Position numbers and translations under genes: made by a program
Notes under the pieces: model-generated
Seen by the model: the letters and a program-made list of their open reading frames with translations, nothing else
Database searches by the model: none
What the model was told of the DNA's origin: nothing
Shown: in pieces, positions 56,927-64,000 of the stretch
Numbering within the stretch: the first letter of the stretch is position 1
Layout: each line of letters opens with the position of its first letter
Assembly: GCA_002746155.1 (NCBI GenBank)
Contig: NVWF01000007.1
Span: 7,632-71,631 of the forward strand
Source: Gammaproteobacteria bacterium
GTDB taxonomy: Bacteria > Pseudomonadota > Gammaproteobacteria > Enterobacterales > GCA-2746155
Direction of reading: 5' to 3'
DNA: 64,000 nt

Positions 56927-57967
56927 TCAATCATCCAGTCCTAATCGAGCAATGACTTGAACCTTGTTAGCTTGTTCTTGCCCATTAGTTGACCCTTGAT
57001 AGTGTAACAAACTTTTTAAATTAACCCTTGCTCGATCGAGTTCAACGTTAATCGATACCGCAAAATAACTGCTAGTAAAATCAATAAAAGCACCCTTGTG
57101 AAGTATGGCATCGGCTGGTAGCTGCGTATTGAAATCGCTTTCCTCAAAGCCCCCACTAGGTCGAGAGTTTAAAATACTTGTTGCTTGAGCATTGTCTAGT
57201 TTGTCATAAAAACTACTTAAAAGCTCAGGTTGTTCAACTGAAATAGTATTTACATTCAGTATCAAAGTAGCTTCGTTTGGAATAACACAAACATAGGGTA
57301 ATAGTAGCTCAATAACTTCAGGGCTATAACCACTGATGGTGGCAAGTTCTGTACGACTGCCCAGTTGGGTATCGGCAGTCCTATAGGGCAAAGTATAACC
57401 ACTGTACTCATAATCTTCTCTGCCTTCAAAGCCTGAGGGCTGTTGATCTTCATCTATCCAATCTCTAAGCGTAGCAGCAAGGGCTTTAGGTTGAACATCG
57501 GGTAGTTCAAGGCTTTCTAATAATTCAATAAACACTAATTCTCCCGCTAAGGGCTGGTTTGCTTGTTCTGCTTGTGGTGTCTCGTTACTGGAAGTTTTTT
57601 CGCTGGACAGGATGCCGTTTAGGTTAAAACAACTGCGTAAATCTTTTAATTCAGCTTTAATGCTGCCACCATCAATTGGGAATTGTATACCTTCCATTGC
57701 CCAGGGTTGGGAAAGGTTTACCGTTTTCTCATTTTTTAGACTCTCAATGATAACAACCTTAGCGAGGATTTCTGCTCCCCTTGCAAAATGCCAGGCATTA
57801 TCAGCTAAGATTATATTGTTAGTTTTACGTGCTTGAATATTTCGCTCGGTGATCAGTTGTACTGAAATAATTGAAATCATTGCTAGAATGATTAACACCA
57901 TCACCAGAGCTACACCTTTTTGATAGGTGTTTTTTTTATAAGTAATAGTGTGAGTTGGAAGAGTCAT
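56927..57967 (-). CDS. gspK: type II secretion minor pseudopilin K
   Basis: 346 aa. N-terminus QKGVALVMVLIILAMISIISVQL is GspK-type and lacks the conserved Glu5. Confidence 0.85.
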   Translation of the reverse strand: MTLPTHTITYKKNTYQKGVALVMVLIILAMISIISVQLITERNIQARKTNNIILADNAWHFARGAEILAKVVIIESLKNEKTVNLSQPWAMEGIQFPIDGGSIKAELKDLRSCFNLNGILSSEKTSSNETPQAEQANQPLAGELVFIELLESLELPDVQPKALAATLRDWIDEDQQPSGFEGREDYEYSGYTLPYRTADTQLGSRTELATISGYSPEVIELLLPYVCVIPNEATLILNVNTISVEQPELLSSFYDKLDNAQATSILNSRPSGGFEESDFNTQLPADAILHKGAFIDFTSSYFAVSINVELDRARVNLKSLLHYQGSTNGQEQANKVQVIARLGLDD

Positions 57968-58605
57968 TGCTTCACTGCTTGTTTTGTGTTGGCAACCAAA
58001 TCTACGAGGATAATTCTTTCTATTAAACCAAAGGTATCAATTTCCATTGAAATTTTAATAGCTTTGGGAAGAGGTACTTCAGAGGATTGACCACCAAAGA
58101 TTCCCCAAGAGGTCTGCCATTGGTTATTTTTATCAAGAAAGCCAATGCTCATAGAGTGCATGTCTTGGAGTAGGTTGCGAGTAACTTTGGGACTGTTGGC
58201 TGCCTGATCAAGAAATAGATTGTGCTGCCTTGTGAGTTCACCTTGGGTAAAATTATAGATAACATGTTGTAAATTACTACGTGGCAAATGTGCTGGGTTA
58301 CGCCAATTAGCGCGCGTGAATTCTATAAAACTGGCTTGACCAGAAGGGTCGCTTTGACCTCTTAACAGGGGTATTTTATCCCCTAACTCATCACGTACAA
58401 TTCTAAGGGAGAGCATTTGAAGATCTTTCTCAATTGATTGAATAGTTCTCTGTAGCTTGGACAATTCATCCAGTCGAAACTCTGTTTGTTGCTGACTTCG
58501 AACTCCAGCATCAAGTACCGTATAGGCACCGATACTCAACATGCCAAATATAGCCAAGGCCACTATGATCTCAATTAAGGTAAAGCCTCGAGATTGCTTA
58601 ATCAT
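57964..58605 (-). CDS. gspJ: type II secretion minor pseudopilin J
   Basis: Prepilin leader and cleavage context SRGFTLIEIIVALAIFGML, 213 aa. Overlaps its neighbours by 4 nt. Confidence 0.88.
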   Translation of the reverse strand: MIKQSRGFTLIEIIVALAIFGMLSIGAYTVLDAGVRSQQQTEFRLDELSKLQRTIQSIEKDLQMLSLRIVRDELGDKIPLLRGQSDPSGQASFIEFTRANWRNPAHLPRSNLQHVIYNFTQGELTRQHNLFLDQAANSPKVTRNLLQDMHSMSIGFLDKNNQWQTSWGIFGGQSSEVPLPKAIKISMEIDTFGLIERIILVDLVANTKQAVKQ

Positions 58606-58979
58606 TTAACATTACCCGCAAAAGCCACACGACTGGTTAAAGGGGATTGGTGATCTTTATCGAGTCGTACCTCAACGGTAATTTTGCGCATATCAGCACG
58701 AGCGGTAGCTTCGACTTTTGTGACGATAAACCAAAGCCTGTCTGACATTTCAACCTCAGTTCTTGTTACTCGAATATTTGGCCAGGTAGATTTTAATTGA
58801 AGATCAGCCAGTTGATTGCCAGCCACCCAATGGCCAATAGTTTTTTGTTCAAGATGTCCTATGACGCGAGAAGTGGTACCAATGGTGTCAAGAATAGCCA
58901 TGGCCGAAATGGAGAAAACAGCCAGAGCAACTAATAGCTCTAGTAGGGTGATACCGCTTTGATTAGTGGTAGATTTCAC
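58602..58979 (-). CDS. gspI: type II secretion minor pseudopilin I
   Basis: SGITLLELLVALAVFSISA, 125 aa. Confidence 0.88.
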   Translation of the reverse strand: MKSTTNQSGITLLELLVALAVFSISAMAILDTIGTTSRVIGHLEQKTIGHWVAGNQLADLQLKSTWPNIRVTRTEVEMSDRLWFIVTKVEATARADMRKITVEVRLDKDHQSPLTSRVAFAGNVK

Positions 58980-59653
58980 TGTTTATTATCTAAGGAAAAA
59001 CGAAAGGTTTGCTTAAGCGGACCTTCTAGGGTTACCTCACCATCAAAAGTCGCCTTTAGCTGATAATACACAGGTGACTCATCGTTATAACCTACTAGGA
59101 GAGTGAAAGGGTTAATTTCACCACTGGACATCAGATATATTTGAGGTCGCACTTTTTTAGCAGCATCGGCTTGTTCGAGCGTTTCACTTGGGTCAGTATC
59201 AATAGCTGGAGCAGAAACTTCGTTATTTTCATCATAATCTTCAAACAAACTATTGGCCTTAGCTCGAGTCGGATGCTGATCCTGGAACTGTGCATACAAG
59301 CCTTCAACTTGAAGTTCAATGGTCATATTTTCAGGCAAATCCTGTTGAACGAGTTGTCTTTCACCGAAGGCATTAACTTCTTGCCAACGCTCATCAAGTA
59401 ACACTAAAAAACGATAGCCTTCTCTGGTAATCTCAAGCCCAAACTCTTGATTTGTTACAATCGCCTCATCTTGCGCTAAGGATAAACGTGCCGCAAGACG
59501 TCTAGCCTCTAATCGTAAATTGTCCCCTCGAGTATCTGAAATTGTCAAGGTGATGGCAGCCACGAGTATGCCAATGATCACAAGAACAATGATCAATTCT
59601 AGCAGTGAAAATCCACTGGTTGTTCGTCTAGAAAATGACTGACAAGGCACCAT
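58976..59653 (-). CDS. gspH: type II secretion minor pseudopilin H
   Basis: SGFSLLELIIVLVIIGILVA, 225 aa. Contains an acidic internal segment (EDYDENNEVSAPAIDTDPSETLEQADAAKK). Confidence 0.85.
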   Translation of the reverse strand: MVPCQSFSRRTTSGFSLLELIIVLVIIGILVAAITLTISDTRGDNLRLEARRLAARLSLAQDEAIVTNQEFGLEITREGYRFLVLLDERWQEVNAFGERQLVQQDLPENMTIELQVEGLYAQFQDQHPTRAKANSLFEDYDENNEVSAPAIDTDPSETLEQADAAKKVRPQIYLMSSGEINPFTLLVGYNDESPVYYQLKATFDGEVTLEGPLKQTFRFSLDNKQ

Positions 59654-59656
59654 GAC

Positions 59657-60103
59657 TTAGTCGAGCTCGTTAAGATTCCAGTTACCAATATCTGTATTGG
59701 CATCCTCACCACCCTCTTCACCATCAGCACCTAGGGTAAATAAATCATAAGGTCGTTCTAGGCCTGGACTAATATACTGATAGTCATTACCCCAAGGGTC
59801 CTTCTGAATGCGGCGAAGATAACCACCTTCTTTAAAATGTTTAGGCTCAGGTGGCAGAAAAGATTTAGTCATTAGGGCTTCTAAACCTTGATCCGTAGTG
59901 GGATAGTTAAAATTTTCCATCTTATATCGCTCAAGGGCATCTTCAAGCGCTGTAATATCAACTTTTACTCGAGTAAGACGAGCCTTTTCAGTTTCACCAA
60001 ACAAAGTGGGTGCTATGGAAGCCACAAGAATTCCAATAATCACCACCACCACCATAATCTCAAGCAGGGAAAATCCTCCCTGTTGCCGATTAACTTTAAA
60101 CAT
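59657..60103 (-). CDS. gspG: type II secretion major pseudopilin G
   Basis: Start reassigned to ATG 60103, giving MFKVNRQQGGFSLLEIMVVVVIIGILVA. Also has the conserved DPWGNDYQY and GADGEEGGEDANTDIGNW. The track ORF extends to 60199, overlapping gspF. Confidence 0.93.
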   Translation of the reverse strand: MFKVNRQQGGFSLLEIMVVVVIIGILVASIAPTLFGETEKARLTRVKVDITALEDALERYKMENFNYPTTDQGLEALMTKSFLPPEPKHFKEGGYLRRIQKDPWGNDYQYISPGLERPYDLFTLGADGEEGGEDANTDIGNWNLNELD

Positions 60104-60143
60104 CGATTTCTCCAATAAAAAATGAAAGCTTACATTAAGGAAT

Positions 60144-61370
60144 CTAACCAGATACCAAGGTATTAAGCTGAAAAATGGGTAATAAAATTGCCAAAACAAT
60201 CAATAGCACAAGCATGCCCATTATAAGGATCATAATAGGCTCAAATAATCCTAAGCTAATGGTCACTAGAGTTTCAAAATCTTGGTCCTGATGATCTGCC
60301 GTTCTCTCTAGCATCTGCTCTAATTCACCACTGTTTTCACCACTGGCAATCATGTGCAGCATCATGGGTGGAAAATAGCCCGTTTCACCTAAGGACTTAC
60401 GAAGACTTGCACCTTCTCGAACCATAACGGAAGCAGAAAAAACCGCCTTCCTCATCACCAGATTAGTCATTACATCCGCAGATATTTTCAAGCCTTCAAG
60501 TAAGGGAACACCACTGGCAGCCATGATCGATAAGGTGCGGGCAAAGCGAGCGCTATTGAGCCCTCGAGATACTTTTCCTATGAAGGGTAGATTCAGCAAG
60601 ATCCTATGCCAAACAGTTCGTCTTGATGTAGAACGCAACATAAATTTAAACAAAAATACCCCAGCCACTGAGCCAATGACAACCAGCAGTCCCCAATTTT
60701 TAATAAATTCACTCAAGGCAATAATAATGATTGTTAAGATGGGGAGATCTGCGTTCATACTGGTAAATTGTTCCACCACCATGGGCACAACATAAGAGAG
60801 TAAGAAGGAAACAACACCAAGGGCAACAAAAACTAGGAAAGCGGGATATATCAGCGCTACGGAAATCTTGTTCTTGAGATATTGTGCTTTTTCAGTGTAA
60901 TCGGCTAAACGCTGCAATACCTTGGCAAGATGGCCTGATTTTTCACCAGCGGCCACCATTGAGCAGTAGAGGTGATCAAAACTGCCAGGAAATTCTTGTA
61001 AGGCATCCGCTAGGGTGTGCCCTTCTACAACACGGGATCGCACTGCTAGCATCATACTTTTAATCCAATCTTTCTCAGATTGCTCGGCCACAGCTTTAAG
61101 GGATTCCTCAATAGGCAAGGAGGCCTGAACCAGGGTTGCAATCTGGCGAGTGATTAAAGATAAATCAGCTGATGATAAACTACGATTTCGAGTAAAGGAA
61201 AGGGAAAAAGAGTTTGAGGGTTTGTGCTTGCTGATCACAGCCTCAACATTAAGCGGTGTTAAGCCCTTCTCTCTTAATTGACTACGTACTTGCCTAGCAG
61301 TATCTGCTTCTAGTACGCCTTTTTTCTGACGACCGCTGGGATCAAGGGCTACAAATTCAAAGGCTGCCAA
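60144..61370 (-). CDS. gspF: type II secretion inner-membrane platform protein F
   Basis: TTG start. MAAFEFVALDPSGRQKKGVLEADTARQVRSQLREKGLTPL is a canonical GspF N-terminus. 408 aa with 3 TM segments. Confidence 0.93.
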   Translation of the reverse strand: MAAFEFVALDPSGRQKKGVLEADTARQVRSQLREKGLTPLNVEAVISKHKPSNSFSLSFTRNRSLSSADLSLITRQIATLVQASLPIEESLKAVAEQSEKDWIKSMMLAVRSRVVEGHTLADALQEFPGSFDHLYCSMVAAGEKSGHLAKVLQRLADYTEKAQYLKNKISVALIYPAFLVFVALGVVSFLLSYVVPMVVEQFTSMNADLPILTIIIIALSEFIKNWGLLVVIGSVAGVFLFKFMLRSTSRRTVWHRILLNLPFIGKVSRGLNSARFARTLSIMAASGVPLLEGLKISADVMTNLVMRKAVFSASVMVREGASLRKSLGETGYFPPMMLHMIASGENSGELEQMLERTADHQDQDFETLVTISLGLFEPIMILIMGMLVLLIVLAILLPIFQLNTLVSG

Positions 61371-61371
61371 T

Positions 61372-62895
61372 TTAGTCCTCCCGGGTGACTCGTAGAATTT
61401 CCTCTACGGTGGTGTTACCACTTAATACTTGCTCTCGACCATTTGAACGAATGCTTGGGCTGTGTTGACGTGCCATTTTTTCAATAACACTCTCAGCTTC
61501 ATTGTTATGCATGGCTTCACGAATTTCTTCGTCAACAATCATTAAATCATAAATACCGGTTCTGCCCCGATAGCCCTGGAAATTACATAGCTCACAACCC
61601 TTGGCCGAATAAATAGTTGGTGGAGGAGATGGTTCGAAATTCATCAATTTAATTTCCTGCTCGGTTGCAATATGGGACTGCTTACAGGAGGGGCAAAGTT
61701 GGCGAACCAGCCGCTGAGCTAATACTCCTAGAATACTTGATGATAATAAAAAGGGTTCAACACCCATGTCTTGTAATCGGGTGACGGCACCCACGGCAGT
61801 ATTGGTGTGTAGTGTGGACAATACCAGATGACCAGTAAGACTCGCTTGAACTGCAATTTGTGCCGTTTCGATATCGCGAATTTCACCCACCATCACCACA
61901 TCGGGATCTTGGCGTAAGATAGCCCTAAGCCCTCTTGCAAAGGTCATATCAACCTTAGTGTTTACCTGAGTTTGGCCAATACCGTTAAGTTGATATTCTA
62001 TGGGATCCTCGACGGTTAAAATATTTCGCTCATTTGAATTAAGTAGTGTTATGCCTGCATAGAGAGTTGTTGTTTTACCGCTACCTGTGGGACCGGTTAC
62101 TAAAATAATGCCATGGGGCTTAAAAAGTAAGGCTTTCAGTTGTTCTTCTAAGATCGAGTTCATACCCAATTTACCAAAATCGAGTCGTCCAGCTTGTTTA
62201 TCGAGCAGTCTTAAAACAACTCTTTCGCCAAAACTTGAAGGCATGGTTGATACGCGAACATCCACAGCTCGATTAGCTATTCTTAAGGCTATTCGTCCAT
62301 CTTGGGGGATGCGTTTTTCTGCTATATCAAGTTTTGCCATCACCTTAATACGTGAAACTAACAGGGGAGCTAATTTACGATTAGGTTGCAATACTTCCCG
62401 TAGTACTCCGTCGACTCGAAAACGTACAACCAGCAATTTTTCAAAGGTTTCAATGTGAATATCCGAGGCAGTTTCTTTGATAGCTTCGGTCAACAATGCA
62501 TTGATTAAGCGTATGATTGGCGCATCATCTTCAGCTTCTAATAAGTCTTCTGTTTCTGGTAGCTCCTCGGCGATTCTAAAGAGATCAAATTCATCACCAA
62601 GGCCTTCCATTGCCTGCATGGCATCACTGGAGTCTGTTTGGTAAACCTCAGCAAGCAGACTTTCAAAGGCTTCATCATCAACTTTAGTTAAGCTTAGGGG
62701 AAGTCCTGTAAAGCGTTGAATTTCTCTAATACCCAGCGTCGTAGCATCTTGCCTGTAACTAACATGGGCATTTTTTTCATCGAGACTTGTAAGAACGACT
62801 CCTTGCCGCCGTGCAAACAAGAAAGGCAGACGACTTTGAGTCTCAGCCTCTTCAGCATCAATATTTTCAACAACAGCCTCTTCAATAGGAGTCAT
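61372..62895 (-). CDS. gspE: type II secretion ATPase E
   Basis: Walker [10 protein letters not shown], Asp and His boxes, Walker [10 protein letters not shown], and the tetracysteine motif CPSC...CELC. The start is taken at ATG 62895, just after the gspD stop. The track ORF start at 62970 would overlap gspD by 71 nt. Confidence 0.93.
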   Translation of the reverse strand: MTPIEEAVVENIDAEEAETQSRLPFLFARRQGVVLTSLDEKNAHVSYRQDATTLGIREIQRFTGLPLSLTKVDDEAFESLLAEVYQTDSSDAMQAMEGLGDEFDLFRIAEELPETEDLLEAEDDAPIIRLINALLTEAIKETASDIHIETFEKLLVVRFRVDGVLREVLQPNRKLAPLLVSRIKVMAKLDIAEKRIPQDGRIALRIANRAVDVRVSTMPSSFGERVVLRLLDKQAGRLDFGKLGMNSILEEQLKALLFKPHGIILVTGPTGSGKTTTLYAGITLLNSNERNILTVEDPIEYQLNGIGQTQVNTKVDMTFARGLRAILRQDPDVVMVGEIRDIETAQIAVQASLTGHLVLSTLHTNTAVGAVTRLQDMGVEPFLLSSSILGVLAQRLVRQLCPSCKQSHIATEQEIKLMNFEPSPPPTIYSAKGCELCNFQGYRGRTGIYDLMIVDEEIREAMHNNEAESVIEKMARQHSPSIRSNGREQVLSGNTTVEEILRVTRED

Positions 62896-62899
62896 TGAA

Positions 62900-64000
62900 T
62901 TAACCCTCGTCATCTTCATTATTAGACTCACTGGCTTCTTGATAACTTGGAGGCAAAGCGAGGGCATCATTAAACTCTGGAAGTAAGGGAGTTTTTATAT
63001 CATCGGACATAAGATTAATGCCTTGAGCTTGACGATCTAATTGTCTAGCCCTCATGTAGTTATATTTTCGGCTGGTAAGAGAAGCAACACTGGCTTCATC
63101 ACGTACGATGGTTGGGCGAATAAATACCATTAAATTACGCTTGGTTTTTGTAGTAGCCTGGGAGCGAAAAAGGGTACCAATGATTGGAATGTCACCAAGG
63201 ATTGGTATGGACTGGGTTGACTCTTGAATATCATCGTCTATCAATCCTCCAATAACAATGGTACTGCCTGATTCAACTAAAATAGATGTTTGGATGGTTC
63301 TTTTGTTTATAACAATATCAGTTGCCGTGGCTCCCGCTATACTAGAAACCTCTTGGGATAATTCAAGAATTACTGCATCACCTTCATTAATTTGTGGGGT
63401 TATTTCAAGTTTTACACCTATCTCTTGGCGAGAGACTGTTTGAAAAGGATTAGCATTATTCGAGCCAGTTGCAGAACCCGTGATAATTGGCACTTCCTGA
63501 CCTACGTGGATACTTGCTTTGTGATTATCCAGGGCCATAATGCTAGGCGTAGAGAGAATATTCGATTCAGTATCGGTGGCTAAAGCTCTAATAAAGGCAG
63601 CCCAATCAAGCCCTTGGTTAGCAATACCCACGGCGAGTCCTTGAACTCCGGATAACACTGCCCCTAGAGCTGCTCCATTATCACCATTAGAGCGGTTGGT
63701 GGTGGTGGTTGAAATACCCGTTTCAGGATTAACTACAGTTGTTGAACCGTTATCAATGCCTCTTCTTTGAGCAGCAGCTCCAGCTAAATTAATAATGCCC
63801 GGACCTGTATTGGTGAAATTAGTGCCACCCACAGGTTGATTTCCACCATCACCTGCAAACAACCACTGAATACCCAACTGTTGAGCTTGATTTTCCGATA
63901 CTTCCACTATGATAGCTTCAACTAGCACTTGGGCTAAGCGAATATCGAGTTGTCTAATGACTGACTCAAAGGTTTTCATCATGCCTGGAGGTGCTGTAAT
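62900..64000 (-). CDS. gspD: type II secretion secretin D (C-terminal part; 5' end outside the window)
   Basis: Secretin-domain motifs are [79 protein letters not shown] and [13 protein letters not shown]. The frame stays open upstream of the track's Met to the window edge. Confidence 0.93.
   Translation of the reverse strand: MTAPPGMMKTFESVIRQLDIRLAQVLVEAIIVEVSENQAQQLGIQWLFAGDGGNQPVGGTNFTNTGPGIINLAGAAAQRRGIDNGSTTVVNPETGISTTTTNRSNGDNGAALGAVLSGVQGLAVGIANQGLDWAAFIRALATDTESNILSTPSIMALDNHKASIHVGQEVPIITGSATGSNNANPFQTVSRQEIGVKLEITPQINEGDAVILELSQEVSSIAGATATDIVINKRTIQTSILVESGSTIVIGGLIDDDIQESTQSIPILGDIPIIGTLFRSQATTKTKRNLMVFIRPTIVRDEASVASLTSRKYNYMRARQLDRQAQGINLMSDDIKTPLLPEFNDALALPPSYQEASESNNEDDEG

Noticed and set aside
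1-64000. Mobile genetic element, prophage, genomic island, defence system or toxin-antitoxin signatures
   Set aside because: No integrase, transposase with intact catalytic motifs, phage structural genes, restriction/CRISPR/retron components or tRNA insertion sites were recognised. By eye, composition appears uniform apart from the small GC-rich core at 22991-23051.

Overview
AT-rich (about 40% G+C by eye) chromosomal core region of a Gram-negative bacterium, most likely a gammaproteobacterium. The call rests on synteny blocks known from E. coli, Vibrio and Pseudomonas. On the left are serA-rpiA, ygfA-ssrS(6S RNA)-zapA, and the divergent ygfB-pepP-ubiH-ubiI followed by gcvT-gcvH-gcvPA-gcvPB with a split glycine dehydrogenase. 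The middle holds a CBS-GGDEF cyclase, VanZ/thioesterase, a triple-FKBP PPIase, fieF, an attenuator-controlled thrLABC operon, recG, trpS, a TonB-dependent receptor, a PAS hybrid histidine kinase and a cold-shock gene. It also holds an ATPase/double-FtsX permease/HlyD-adaptor ABC efflux operon, rhlE, and gpmI-envC...ctpA-yibQ interrupted by a ccp-katG-oxyR peroxide module. On the right are yitT, cysQ, nudE and a contiguous type II secretion operon gspD-E-F-G-H-I-J-K-L-M-N on the minus strand, with gspD running off the window. I saw no rRNA, tRNA, CRISPR array, integrase, IS element or prophage genes. I could not find a clearly novel multi-gene system; this is mostly housekeeping DNA. Six items are most worth a second look. 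(1) An orphan RayT/IS200-like Y1-transposase homologue seems to have lost both the HUH motif and the catalytic Tyr. (2) A secreted, extremely basic His/Tyr/Asn/Arg-rich low-complexity protein lies next to fieF. (3) A 111-bp element with perfect 25-bp inverted arms and a GC-rich two-hairpin core is inserted inside the thr operon between thrB and thrC. (4) A second 75-bp perfect-arm palindromic element lies after the GGDEF gene. (5) A 14-15 bp tandem repeat array abuts the gpmI start codon. (6) The triple-FKBP gene has an exact 381-bp internal period. All protein calls rest on motif recognition by eye in the supplied translations; no database search was run.
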